A DNA stretch of 64,000 nt from Macrostomum hystrix (GCA_950097015.1 CATNEN010000038.1:5518001-5582000); one strand, 5' to 3'. Shown: positions 49,777 through 62,515, counted from the first letter of the stretch. Notes: generated by a model not told the origin, from the letters alone. Program-made: numbers and translations.

Positions 49777-52700
49777 ATGCTGCTACAGGACTTCCTTGCC
49801 CATATGAGCCGCATGGAGGTGCTAAGTCACCTAGGGCTGGATGACTTCGCGGACAAGCTGAGCTTCATCTACTCAGGTGAGACTTGCGAGCTTGATGTCA
49901 AACCGCCTCAGGTGCAATCTCGTCTAAGCCTTTTTGCGGTGCCTGAATGGAGCCACACCACAGACATTGAGGACCACACCACAGACATTGTGGACCACAC
50001 CACAGACATTGAGGACCACGCCACAGACATTGAGGACCACACCACAGACATTGAGGACCACACCACAGACATTGAGGACCACACCACAGGCATTGAGGAC
50101 CACACCACAGACATTGAGGACCACACCACAGACATTGAGGACCACACCACAGACATTGAGGACCACACCACAGGGGGTGAGTGGCAGAGCGGTTAACGCG
50201 TTTGCAGCTCGCACGGAGGTCCCTGAGCTCGATTCCGCGGCGAGGCCACATTTATTCGAAGTGCAGTCGCGGAGAGAAGGCTTGGGGTCTTGTCGTGCAA
50301 TTTACGCCATTGACGGCCAACCTCCGAGGCACGGTGACACTGACTGACGATGAGAAAGTCAGGCAGATGTTCACATCTGTGTGAGCTTATGCCTGCGTAC
50401 GGTATCTGTGTGCGTGTGTGCTCAGGATCAGCGAAATGAGCAGAATTGCTTCCTCGCTGGCTGCGGGTCTAGTGTCACAAAATGATGTGCCGTGGCCTGC
50501 AGCCCTCTGCAAGTATATAATAAAATGTAATATAGGGCCACGCCACCTGTTACTTTTCGATAATATTTTGATATTCTAGCAGCCGATCGCACCTGGATCT
50601 CATGGTCTGCGTAGCTAGTTTTTAGGCGCAGCCAAAATTGATCTGGGGGAAAAGTGCCCTATGGTAAAATTTTACTATTTTAAAGTTATGGAAAAAAACA
50701 TTCAGACAATGTAAGTGAAATCTTTTTATCCTTCTTGGTAAAACGTTGCAGTGTGGTTCTTGCTGATTTGCAGCGGCATGGCAACAGCCAAGACCTACTT
50801 TGCCAGCCCCATATTCTGCTATCTGCCCAGCATTTCCGGCTCGCACGAAGGCCAGACTGGCTACATCAGCAGCATGTGCTACACCGAGGGGACCTACAAT
50901 GTGCCCCCGGCTGAGTTCAAAATTGATTCGACGAATCCCGACTGGGATCTGCCATACCGGAGCCGCAAGATCTACTACTATCAGTGGCTGCCCCTGCTGC
51001 TTGGCCTGCAGGGCGTCATGCTCTACTGTCCGAGAATTCTCTGGCAGATCCTCGTCGGCCACTGCGGTGCAGGCGTCAGTCTCATTCAGCTTCTGCGCTG
51101 GGCCCGCGAGGTCGCCTCGGAACCGCCGGCTGAGCTGCCACGGACCGATGGTCGGCGTGAGAAGCTGTTGCGACTCTGCATTACCGAGGCCGCAATCTGG
51201 CTGGGGAAATCAGGCTGCCGGTGTCGCCTAGCAGCTGCCTACCTGGCTGTGAAGAGCATCTACGCTGGCAACGCAGCCTGTCAGCTGCTGCTGATGACCA
51301 GCTTGCTGGGACACGGCCCGGCCGACACTGGAGGGCCGGCCGCTCTGCCGCTGCAAGCGGTTCGTATTGGAGCATCGCTGATAGCCGACCTGAGCGCAGG
51401 TGAGCGCAAAGCCAAATACGGCCTGCCTAGTCCCTCTAGCCACTTCTCACAACTCACCAAGGGAGCCAGTGGCAGAGCGTTTGTCTCTTGCACCAAGGTT
51501 ATGAGTTCGATTTTGCGGTTAGGCCACATTATATTGGGCCCAGCCGCGGAGAGAAGGCTTGGGGTCTTGTCGTGCAATTTACGGCCAACCTCCGAGGCAC
51601 GGTGAAATTGTACACTGTCGGACGATGAAAATGTTAGAGCCGGCAAATCAGGCTGCAGGTGTCACCTAGCAGCTGCCTACCTGGTGTGTATGCGTGTGTG
51701 CAGCGGAGTCAGCGGAAGGAACAGAATTGCCTCGCTGGCTGGTTGTCTAGTGTCACCAGTTGGTGTTTCTTCTTTATACGAGCAATACGATACGAACATC
51801 TCACCGATATCTCAGCTATCTCCCGTGTCTCATCTCTCCCGTGTCTCATCTCTCCCATGTCTCATCTCTCCAGTGTCTCATCTCTCCCGCGTCTTGTCTC
51901 TCCTGTTTCTCATCTCTCCCGTGTCTTATCTCTCCCGTGTCTCATCTCTCCCGCGTCTCATCTCTCCCGTGTCTAATCTCTCCTGTGTCTCATCTCTCCC
52001 GTGTCTCATCTCTCCCTTGTCTAATCTCTTCCGTGTCTTATCTCTCCCGTGTCTCATCTCTCCCGTGTCTCATCTCTCCCATGTCTCATCTCTCCAGTGT
52101 CTCATCTCTCCCGCGTCTTGTCTCTCCTGTTTCTCATCTCTCCCGTGTCTTATCTCTCCCGTGTCTCATCTCTCCCGCGTCTCATCTCTCCCGTGTCTAA
52201 TCTCTCCCGTGTCGAATCTCTCCCGTGTCTCATCTCTCCCTTGTCTAATCTCTTCCGTGTCTTATCTCTCCCGTGTCTCATCTCTCCCGTGTCTTGTCTC
52301 TCCCGTGTCTCATCTATCCCGCGTCTCATCTCTCCCGTGTCTCATCTATCCCGTGTCTCATCTCTCCCATGTCTCATCTCTCCCGTGTCTCATCTCTCCC
52401 GTGTCTCATCTCTCCCGTGTCTTGTCTCTCCCGTGTCTCATCTATCCCGCGTCTCATCTCTCCCGTGTCTCATCTATCCCGTGTCTCATCTCTCCCATGT
52501 CTCATCTCTCCCGTGTCTCATCTCTCCCGTGTCTCATCTCTCCCGTGTCTCATCTCTCCCGTGTCTCATCTCTCCCGTGTCTCATCTCTCCCGTGTCTCA
52601 TCTCTCCCGTGTCTCATCTCTCCCGTGTCTCATCTCTCCCGTGTCTCATCTCTCCCGTGTCTCATCTCTCCCGTGTCTAATCTCTCCCGTGTCTAATCTC

Positions 52701-54730
52701 TCCCGTGTCTTGTCTCTCCCGTGTCTCATCTCTCCCGTGTCTCATCTCTCCCGTGTCTCATCTCTCCCGTGTCTCATCTCTCCCGTGTCTCATCTCTCCC
52801 GTGTCTCATCTCTCCCGTGTCTCATCTCTCCCGTGTCTCATCTCTCCCGTGTCTCATCTCTCCCGTGTCTCATCTCTCCCGTGTCTCATCTCTCCCGTGT
52901 CTCATCTCTCCCGTGTCTCATCTCTCCCGTGTCTCATCTCTCCCGTGTCTTGTCTCTCCCGTGTCTCATCTCTCCCGTGTCTCATCTCTCCCGTGTCTCA
53001 TCTCTCCCGTGTCTCATCTCTCCCGTGTCTCATCTCTCCCGTGTCTCATCTCTCCCGTGTCTCATCTCTCCTGTGTCTTATCTCTCTTCTTTCCGCGAAA
53101 GCATTTGAGTTTTCAGTCGTCTGGATTCAAGTTGCAAGTACGAACTACAACACAATGGCAGTTGGTTAGCGAGGTAACAAAGTAGTTAAATTTCTGTTTA
53201 TCAGAGCCCCGTAGCTATGTGAACAGCGGCACTATTGATTACTAATCGTCACGACAGTTTTAACTGAAAATCGGCAAAAACTTCACACATCCCGCGAAGG
53301 CAAAGACTGGCGGGCTACTGGCCTGTTCCCTCGCATTGGCTGTTGCGCGGTCCTCACCCGGCAGTCCTCCAGCTCTCAGTTTCTGCTGGCCCAGTGCTCC
53401 ATTCCGGTGAACATGCTGTACGAAAAACAGTTTATCTTCCTGTGGCTCTGGTTCACCTTTCTGCTCATCGTGTCACTCATCAGCCTGACGACCTGGGCTG
53501 CTTGGCTTTTATTCAGCTGTTCGGGGAGGCGAAGCATCAAGCGAATGATTTACCTGAGCAATGACAGAGGCGCGAATCCGGCTGAGAAGCCTATTATCAG
53601 GTGAGGAATTTCTTTGTGCCGCTTTGAACCTCTCTAACCCGACCACGGAAACTCTCGGGCCCCGTAATTGACGAAAGGCCGGGCCTTTACAATGCATAAA
53701 AGAGGTCCTCTGTGAGAGGTACTCACCGCCGAGAGAGACTGCGAATTGCGCCCCTCTCTGAGCCATCTCTTAGCCGGTGGTCCTTCTTCTGGCCATTAGG
53801 TACTAATTACTGAGAACCCGACTCTTTCGCAGGTCGTTCGCCGAAAAGTACCTTGTTGGGGACGGGGCATTTCTCCTGCGCATGCTGTCAATCAACTGCG
53901 GCGGGCCGGTAGCCAGCGAAATCTGCTTTGGCCTCTATAAAAAGTACAAGGCTAGGCAAGAAGGTGATGTCGTTAGAAAAGATCCTGCACTCTCCATGGA
54001 CGAAGCTTCAAAGAATAAAGCAGAGTTTCATTTGATACGAGTATTAAATTCAGTCGATGAAGCAGCAACAGCCGCAGAGACAAAGAAAACAAGTCAAGTG
54101 CAAAAATCAAGGCGAGTAAAATGGCTGCGGTTGGAAACCGATTTCAACGATCACGATGAGTCAGACCAAGATAGAGACAGGAGACACGGCTACGACGCTA
54201 TGGCGACTGAGTGCTGTCAGAGTGACAGCCACTGCGTGCCAGAGCACTTGGCAGGGCGTAGCGACTCAGCCAGACCGGCTACGGTGACCATTGTGGACGA
54301 AACCGATGACGGAGACCAGGTTGAGACAAGCTTTCAAGTGAGGAAGAACTCAGTCTATTGCAACAACTATGACGATGACGCCGGAGAAGGCATTGATGCC
54401 GACGACGATAATGATGAAGGCGGAGTTGGCGGTGAGAATGAGAACGATGACAAAGACGTAGGCGATGGCACGGAGAGCGAGAGCAGCCGCCAGGAAAATC
54501 AGGCCGTCAGTGAGGCGGAGCCAGAAAACGCCAGCGAGCAGGGTGAAGACAACGATGAGCAGGGCGAGGATGCTGCTGACAGTGCTGAGATTAGCGATGT
54601 CAGCGAAGATGACGACGATGCATCCCTGAATAGCCACGTCAGCGAAGAAGAGATGCCACCCGAAGCCGGCGAGAGCGGCAACGTAGCAGACCATGTGGTC
54701 AGCGACTCGGCGAGTGAGGCAACCGACTGA
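49777..54730 (+). CDS. Innexin with long acidic C-terminal tail. Exons 49777-49876, 50752-51399, 53300-53600, 53833-54730
   Basis: DDFADKLSFIYS, PIFC...MCYTEG, YYQW, YCPRILW, TGLFPRIGCC, QCSIPVNMLYEKQFIFLWLW and YLVGDGAFLLRML are innexin hallmarks; splice phases are consistent. Confidence 0.93.
49950..50172 (+). repeat. 21-bp minisatellite (GACCACACCACAGACATTGAG)n abutting a SINE 5' end
   Basis: About 10 copies in innexin intron 1. Confidence 0.9.
50173..50530 (+). mobile_element. SINE family 1, full length
   Basis: GGGGGTGAGTGGCAGAGCGGTTAACGCG head, GAGCTCGATTCC box B, body matches 27433-27798. Confidence 0.88.
51460..51790 (+). mobile_element. SINE family 1 copy carrying an inserted innexin exon fragment
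   Basis: AGTGGCAGAGCG head and GCCGCGGAGAGAAGGCTTGGGGTCTTGTCGTGCAATTTACG body. Confidence 0.8.
51815..53085 (+). repeat. 16-bp minisatellite (TCTCATCTCTCCCGTG)n, innexin intron 2
   Basis: About 79 copies; a degenerate relative lies at ~15885-15978. Confidence 0.95.
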
Positions 54731-54844
54731 CAGCCTGACTTTTAATCATAGCCATTAATTTAGCAAACGGCTGCTGCCGCATCGTTTGGCAACAGTCTCG
54801 ACCCGCAGCCAGCGAGGGGGCAACTTTGCAAGCCCATTCTACAA

Positions 54845-55170
54845 GGAGCTCAGTGGCAGAGCGGTTAACGCAGTTGCAGCTCGCACCAAGGTGCTTGAGC
54901 TCGATTCGACGGCGATGCCACATTCATTTGGGGCGCAGCCGCGGAGAAAAGGCTTGGGGGCTTGTCGTGCAATTTACGCCCTCGAGGGCCAACCTCCAAG
55001 GCACAGTGAAGTGTACACTGCCTGACGATAAGAAAGTCAGGGAGATGCATACACCTGTGTGAGTGTGTGCTCAGGAGTCAGCGAAATGGGCACAATTGCC
55101 TCCTCGCTGGCTGCAGGTCTACTGACACCAAATGATGTCCCATTGCGTGAAGCCCTCCTGCAATTATAAG
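54845..55170 (+). mobile_element. SINE family 1, near full length, preceded by an inverted SINE 3' fragment (~54770-54825)
   Basis: AGTGGCAGAGCGGTTAACGC head with the same body; GACCCGCAGCCAGCGAGG upstream in the opposite orientation. Confidence 0.85.
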
Positions 55171-55994
55171 CTCATTTCACTGATCTCTGTAAATAACACA
55201 TTGTACAGTTGTACATTCCCGACTGCGTCCCCAAATGAACGCAGTATACCTCACCGAGTATTTGAGCTCCTCGTGCAATTCGGATGCAGTCGGCCACCCA
55301 CCTGCACGATTTCTTCTGTCGAGTAAACTAGGAAAATTTATATTTTCCCATTTTTGTATTTTTCCACATAGATTATAATTTCTACTGGATTATCGGTTAA
55401 TTAGAGAATGTTTTTTACTTGAATCACAAAGCAAACACGCTCACGTACACTAACCAGCTTTCTTAAATCACTTCACAGCAACTAAACTCTCTGCTTCATT
55501 GGCCAAATATTTGCCCTGTGCACTAATGAAATACACTTTCAAGTACAGATCTGTTATCGACCCAAATGGTTTTGTAACTAATATCAGACAGAAATTTCGG
55601 ATATACTCGTATTTAAAGTATGAGCACATACTGGAAACTTAATTCTCGATCAGCATATACTGTGAGCCTAATTCTAGCCGGGAAAGCTGTAGGTAACGCA
55701 AACATGGGTTTTAAAGAAGAACTTCATCAGGACTAAAACTTGTAATATAAAATCATTAGGAAAATTTAAATATATATTTTATTTCACAACAAGTAAACGC
55801 CACAGAGCACTTCATATTTACAAACGAAATCGAACTAAAAAATCTTACATTTATTTAGAAAATGAAGAAATGTTACACATAACTGCTTCAGAGCAGTCAT
55901 TGAAAAACAGAACAGCAGTTTAGACCTTATTGTTCGCGTGATAATTTTGCATCAACCAATCACAGAACTGAATCCAAGTACTCTTAGTTACTCA

Positions 55995-56880
55995 AGGCAG
56001 TCTCATCACTCAGTCCCATCACTCAGTCAGGCAGTCTCATCACTCAGCCCCATCACTCAGTCAGGCAGTCCCATCACTCAGCCCCATCACTCAGTCAGGC
56101 AGTCACATCACTCAGTCCCATCACTCAGTCCCATCACTCAGTCCCATCACTCAGTCCCATCACTCAGCCCCATCACTCAGTCAGGCAGTCCCATCACTCA
56201 GCCCCATCACTCAGGCAGGCAGTCCCATCACTCAGTCCCATCACTCAGTCCCATCACTCAGTCCCATCACTCAGGCAGGCAGTCCCATCACTCAGTCCCA
56301 TCACTCAGGCAGGCAGTCCCATCACTCAGTCCCATCACTCAGGTAGGCAGTCCCATCACTCAGTCCCATCACTCAGGTAGGCAGTCCCATCACTCAGTCC
56401 CATTACTCAGGCAGGCAGTCCCATAACTCACCCAGGCAGGCAGTCCCATAACTCACTCAGCCAGTCCCATCACTCAGTCAGGCAGTCCCATAACTCACTC
56501 AGCCAGTCCCATCACACAGGCAGGCAGTCCCATCACTCAGTCCCATTACTCAGGCAGGCAGTCCCATAACTCACCCAGGCAGGCAGTCCCATAACTCACT
56601 CAGCCAGTCCCATCACTCAGTCAGGCAGTCCCATAACTCACTCAGCCAGTCCCATCACACAGGCAGGCAGTCCCATCACTCAGTCCTATCACTCAGGCAG
56701 TCCCATAACTCACTCAGCCAGTCCCATCACTCAGGCAGGCAGTCCCATCACTCAGGCAGGCAGTCCCATCACTCAGGCAGGCAGTCCCAACACTCAGTCA
56801 GGCAGTCCCATCACTCAGTCAGGCAGTCCCATCACTCAGGCAGGCAGTCCCATCACTCAGTCAGCAGTCCCATCACTCAG
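55995..56880 (+). repeat. Compound minisatellite (CAGTCCCATCACT / CAGG) immediately 3' of the fuzzy stop codon
   Basis: Mixed short units in tandem. Confidence 0.9.
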
Positions 56881-56885
56881 CTGGC

Positions 56886-58924
56886 TCAGTTTCCCAGTTT
56901 TGCAGTGAGTTCGGTGAGCACAGCGGACAGGCTGGCAGGCTGGAAGCCGGGCCTGGCAACCAGGTACAGCTGGCAGGAGTCGCCGCGCACAGCATGGCAG
57001 CAGCAGTCGGACAGAGTCCAGCCCAGCTGCATCTTGCGCCGGGCAAGCAGGGGAGCTGCTGCGGCGTCGGCAGACTGATCCTCCGAGAACTGCGGAGCGC
57101 AGTGCGCGATGAGGCGCAGCAGGTGGTGCGCCGAGGACGTCCTGGACGCCGACACCAGGCAGCTGTTAGATCTGGCGTCGCGGAAGCAGAGGCAGTCGAT
57201 GTTCGGGTCCAGGCTGAGCTTGTCGGGCAGGCTGAGCTGGACATTGTTCAGGGCCTGAAGATTATCCATATTTAGCTAGTCTAGAACGATTCGACTCTTT
57301 GCCAAACAAAAACAAATAATTTGTTACACCTGCAATCTGGAGAAACAATCTGGAGAGTTTGAAGCACCGAGCCAGCTGAGCAATCTAATCTCAGGTGTTA
57401 CCTTATCGGCTTTACCTGGCACAGAGCTCCGCTCAGCGGTGACCAGACTGCCTCGGCGTGGCGCAGAATGTCGGTCAGGGTCGGCTGGCCGCCGCACACG
57501 CAGAGGACGCAGACGCCAGGCAGAAGCGTCACGGAGGCCAGCCGGAAAACCAGAGTTCGGCTCAGGCTGCCGATGTACACCGGCACGTCGGAGCTGCCGC
57601 TGGCGGCGGTGGCGAGTGCCAGGTGGGCCAGAAGGATCTGCTCAGTCGAGGACAGCAGGCGCCACTGTTGAGAGGCAGCGGCTCGTCGCCCGGCAACAAG
57701 CAGGCAGCCGTACTGGCAGGTGAACTTGGCCAAGTAGGCCGACAGCGCGCGCTCCAGTGCGGCCTCCTCGGACGCCTGGCTGCATCGCAGGACGCAGGGG
57801 GCGCAGAGCATCTCAGCTGGTCCGCAGGCGGTCATCAGCTGCGGCAGCAGGCAGCGCAGCGGCTGGAGTCGCTTTGCCGCGCTGGCCTGCAAATTGAGCG
57901 TGCGATTAGACTCAAACGAATGTGGTCTGGTTGCGGATTCAAGCTCAGGGACCTTGAATAGGGCGATTACCACTCGACCGCTTAACAAATAGCTAATACT
58001 ATAATAATAGCAATAATAATATTTGCAGGAGGGCTGCGGGCAACGGCACCTCATTTGGTGGCACTAGACCCGCAGCCAGCGAGGAGGCATTTCGCTGACT
58101 CCTGAGCACACACGCACACAGATATTGTACGCAGACATACACTCACACAGGGTGTGTACATATCCCCTGACTATCTCATCGTTCGGCAGTGTACAGTGGA
58201 TTGTGCCTTGCAGGTTGGTCCTCAAGGGCGTAAATTGCACGACAAGCACCCGAGCCTTCTCTCCACGGCCTCGCCCCAAATTAATGTGGCCTCGCCGCGG
58301 AATCGAGCTCAGGGACCTGCGCGAGAGGCAAACGCGTTAGAACGCTCTGTGACTGACTCCCAGCAAATATTATTATGTGTTCTACAAGTACGCTCGTTCA
58401 AACATCTGAGCAGTCATACCCACCTGCGGATCAGCCTCCGAGTGGAACAGCCTCACGGCGCCAGCCAGAAGGGAGGCGAGGCTGTCCAGCTCCTGGAGCT
58501 GCTGGCGGCAGCCGCAGGCGATCAGCACGCAGCTGAGGCCCGGGTGGATCTCGAACCATCTCGCCGAGTCGGCGCCGGTGCCGAGGCTCGAGGATGTTGC
58601 CCGACGAAGGTGGCAATGGCGTCGATCGGCGAACACCTCGCTAGTGACAAGCGTTGCCAGGGTGGCCTGATGAACAGGTAAGTCACGAATTGAGACCAAA
58701 CAAATGTTTTAAGCACTTCACACCTAGAAAGCATTGATGAGCGAGTTTACAAGGCAAAGGTACCACACCTGAAGCAACTCGGCCCGGTCCGCTGATTGTT
58801 GCCATGGCAACGGATCCTCACTATGGCGACAGCGGCAGCCGGCGGCCCCATTGTCCCATGTGAAAACAGGTCCAGCTGACTCCTGAGACCAGATACAAAC
58901 TATCAGGCGGCCTTGTAGCAGAGC
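56886..58924 (-). CDS. FUZ: Fuzzy (CPLANE planar-cell-polarity effector) homologue. Exons 58769-58924, 58424-58666, 57416-57886, 56886-57254; ATG exon not located
   Basis: YGCLLVAGRRAAASQQWRLLSSTEQILL...DVPVYI...LVFRLASVTLLPGVCVLCVCGGQPTL...WSPL aligns by eye with vertebrate Fuz (SLVVSGRVVAATEGWWRL...DYPVYLP...HRLLTLTLLP.LELCLLCGPSP). All introns are phase 0 GT-AG. Confidence 0.8.
58000..58361 (-). mobile_element. SINE family 1, full length, in fuzzy intron; a further 5' fragment at ~57905-57985
   Basis: Same body as 27433-27798, with an (ATT)-type tail. Confidence 0.85.
58798..58811. promoter_or_regulatory. Perfect palindromic X-box (RFX-binding consensus) GTTGCCATGGCAAC
   Basis: Exact match to GTTNCCATGGNAAC within the 5' part of a ciliogenesis gene; function is inferred. 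Confidence 0.55.
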
Positions 58925-61109
58925 CTGAAGTAAGAACTGTCCTTGCTGTTGCTTTTTAATTACAAATTTGTTGTTATTTTTTTAAAGAAAACACAGGAAG
59001 GATTTTGGTTTTGCTTGTCAGTAAAATTTAAACATTACTTATATCTAATTGTAGGGTAAAAATGTAAAACAAATTGCACATAATTATTCAAAACTGCATC
59101 CAGTTAACCTAGAAAGCGAACTTGTTTATTTTTCTTCACTCTAAAAATATATTAACTTTGCATAATATAATTTTATTATAAATCATACTGTTAAATATAA
59201 AGTATTCCAATCTGATTATTTCCTGTTTTTTGTGAAAATTATTTTGACACAGCTTATAAGACAATACTTTATTGCAGAAAGCTACCCTGATAAAAATTAC
59301 CTAAAATGGACAAACCAATTGTGACGCATTAATAATGCCCAACTTCCATCTGCATCTGCATTTTCCCTTTACATCTTACGTGAAATTAGGATGTTAATAC
59401 TAGCTTAACAAAAAATCGCATGATGAAAGAAGTGACATTAGACAAACTAATGACCTTAAAATGACTAGGTCATTGTCCAGACGACACCATTTAATCATAT
59501 TTGTTCGCATGAGTAGATGCATGCTGCTTACAGATCTAAGAAATACTGGCATTCCTGAGCATGTCAAATCTGTCCTCTGATCGATGCTATTTAATAAAGC
59601 CTAGAATTCTCAATTAGCTGTAAAAAAACAATTTTACAAAAAAACATCTAAATTTAAGGATTTCAGTTGCTTTTGTACGCCTTTTAAATGAATAGTGAGA
59701 ACTTTTTGTTTAAATAATAAATAGTGTACACGTTTTTGAAAATACAATTTTCATAGAATTTTCGCACAAATATCTAAGTTTTATTATATCAGAACGTTTT
59801 TCTTATGAAGAAAAAAATCATTAAATCATACAGTCATCGGCATATGATTTTTTATATTTGTTTTTTAATAAAACTGTAAACCTTGCCTTCATAAAGTCCT
59901 AACAGCGAAAACGGGCAAGTGCAACAGTTCGTGGGTCGTTTTTCTCGTATCTGGTAGCTATAATATATATTAGTGCGTCTATATTTATATCTATATTTAT
60001 CTATATTTATTTTTATTTATCTATCTTTCTTATCTATCTTATTTATCTATATTTATTCGAATAATTATGACTTAGTAGTAGGACTCTTCTACTCTAGACT
60101 TCACCATAGCAAAAATAAAACAAAAAATTATGACTTTTTTATGACCACTTATTCAATAATCAATCATCGCAATAAACTGGCTACACCTTCATAGTAGGGC
60201 CTACATGTGTAAGTGTGTCATGTGAGTGTGATGAATGTGATGTGATGTGATTAATGTAATGTGAATGTGATGCATGAATGATTCTTTAGTCTTGACTCTT
60301 ATGTCTATTCATATTTTATGTTCATAAATATGTCAGACATATCTACATAAAGTTTTATTGTGTTTGTTTTAGTTATAATTGTGATATGTAGCTACATGAC
60401 TTTTCCTTTATTGTATTTAAATACAATTACTAGAATTAGCTATACTTTTTTATTTCTTTGCCATTTGTTTTAATAGACCAAGCTAACTATTTTTGTGTAA
60501 ATTCAATCTTGTTAAAACTAAAAATACTATATTTAACCTTAACTACAACTTCTTAGCTTAGCTTTCACAATAAAAACAATAATAGCTTTAATATATTATA
60601 GCTACAAGATATGAGAAAAATTTACTGCTAAAATTTGGTGTTTTCTAATTCTAGTATTGTGTAGCCTAACCTGACTGTCTGTGTTGTTATTAGGCCTAGT
60701 GTTAGTTTTTAAGTTAGATAAAAAAGGTTGAATACTAGTTGGCTATTATTTGGATTTTTTTAAACTAACAATAATCAAAAGCTTTGGTGAGTTTTTTTGC
60801 AACCTTCACTTTTGTTATATGCATAATTAAATCATATTTGTGAGTTATTTTATTTAGCTTAGTTTTTAGCTTTTTAGGCTTTACTATTTATCTAAATTAG
60901 GCCTAACTTTATTCTTATTCACACTGAATTTTGTTTCTGTGAAGTAAAACCAGAACACTTGATTCAAGTACAATATTTTTTATTCTACTTTAAAATGCTT
61001 GAAAGGCTATTTGATGGGGGTGTATATGAACCTTAAAATAGTTAGTTTGCAATTCTATGTGTAGAATGTGTCAAATGATAATTTGTCATAAGGCATCCAA
61101 CTCTGGAAC

Positions 61110-61240
61110 TAAGGTCCTTAAGCTTACATCTCTGGCAAAGCCACATCTGGGTGCAGCAATGGAGAAAAGGCTTAGTGGCTTGTTCTGAAATCCATGCCAA
61201 TGTAGGCCAACCCCAAAGCATAGTGTGTATCTACAATACA
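61110..61240 (+). mobile_element. SINE family 1, highly degraded fragment
   Basis: GCCACAT...GGAGAAAAGGCTTAGTGGCTTG...GGCCAACC resembles the SINE body. Confidence 0.5.
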
Positions 61241-61290
61241 TGTACATTATCTAGCTATGCTAAACTTGTCTCATTGCAGCCAGTTCAATC

Positions 61291-61515
61291 ATGACTAATG
61301 CATACAGCTTTGATGGAGCTCTGGTGATGTCGCTGCTGTTTGTTTGCACCTGCGCTTATCTCCGCCGTGTGCCCCGCTTGCGCCAGTGGTGCTTCTCAGA
61401 GAAGTCCGGTCTCTGGGGCGTGCTGTACAAAGGCGCCGTGATTGGCGTTCGGCTTCATATTGCCGTGGCCATTGCCTGCCTCGTCATGGCCTTCTACGTG
61501 TTGTTTGTGCGTTGA
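61291..61515 (+). CDS. TMEM167B: Protein kish-B (74 aa), CDS uninterrupted
   Basis: MTNAYSFDG...[15 protein letters not shown]....SEK.G.WGV.YK.AVIG.RLH.AVA.AC..MAFYVLF matches kish-B in sequence and length. Confidence 0.93.
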   Translation: MTNAYSFDGALVMSLLFVCTCAYLRRVPRLRQWCFSEKSGLWGVLYKGAVIGVRLHIAVAIACLVMAFYVLFVR

Positions 61516-61764
61516 AATCAACAATTATTAACTGCACTAACTAATATAATTGCCTGACATATTGGAGTTGCGGTTTTAACGAATCTTAATGACTGAGGAG
61601 GGGTCAAATATTCAACTGTAAGCTGGGTTGTCATCTAATATCACAATGCTTGCTAAAGTTTGCTGCATTTTATAGCTTGTTCTGTCTGTGTTCTATTTAG
61701 TATTTACTTCTATTGTCACAAAGCTCTCCTAAATATATTTGTAGCAACATTTTAAACAGCTTTT

Positions 61765-62515
61765 TATCTCCCTGCCTCTATCTCTGCCTCTATCTCTGCC
61801 TCTATCACTGCCTCTATCCCAGCCTCTATGCCTCTATCCCTGCCTCTATCTCTGCCTCTATCCCTGCCTCTACCCCAGCCTCTATCTCTGCCTCTATCTC
61901 TGCCTCTATCCCTGCCTCTATCCCTGCCTCTATCTCTGCCTCTATCTCTGCCTCTATCCCAGCCTCTATCCCTGCCTCTATCTCTGCCTCTATCCCTGCC
62001 TCTACCCCAGCCTCTATCTCTGCCTCTATCCCTGCCTCTATCCCTGCCTCTATCCCTGCCTCTATCCCTGCCTCTATCCCTGCCTCTACCCCAGCCTCTA
62101 TCTCTGCCTCTATCCCTGCCTCTATCTCTGCCTCTATCTCTGCCTCTATCCCAGCCTCTATCCCTGCCTCTATCTCTGCCTCTATCCCTGCCTCTACCCC
62201 AGCCTCTATCTCTGCCTCTATCCCTGCCTCTATCCCTGCCTCTATCCCTGCCTCTATTCCAGCTGCCTCTATCCCTGCCTCTATCCCTGCCTCTATCCCT
62301 CCCTTTATCCCTGCCTCTATCTCGGCCTCTATCTATGCCTCTATCCCTGCCTCTATCTCGGCCTCTATCCCAGCCTCTATCCCAGCCTCTATTCCAGCTG
62401 CCTCTATCCCTGCCTCTATCCCTGCCTCTATCTCTGCCTCTATCTCGGCCTCTATCTATGCCTCTATCCCTGCCTCTATCTCGGCCTCTATCTATGCCTC
62501 TATCCCTGCCTGCAT
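61765..62515 (+). repeat. 12-bp minisatellite (TGCCTCTATCYC)n
   Basis: About 60 copies; explains the ASIP/LSLP ORFs. Confidence 0.93.

Noticed and set aside
49877-50196. Innexin first ORF extending through (TTDIEDH)n
   Set aside because: A GT donor at 49877 joins in frame to 50752 and restores innexin TM1; the rest is intron.
50173-50250. tRNA genes at the box A/B matches
   Set aside because: No complete cloverleaf; each continues into a shared SINE body and tail.
53610-53800. Hairpin-rich intron segment as a possible ncRNA or ribozyme
   Set aside because: Short stems are present, but no recognisable family motif could be supported by eye.
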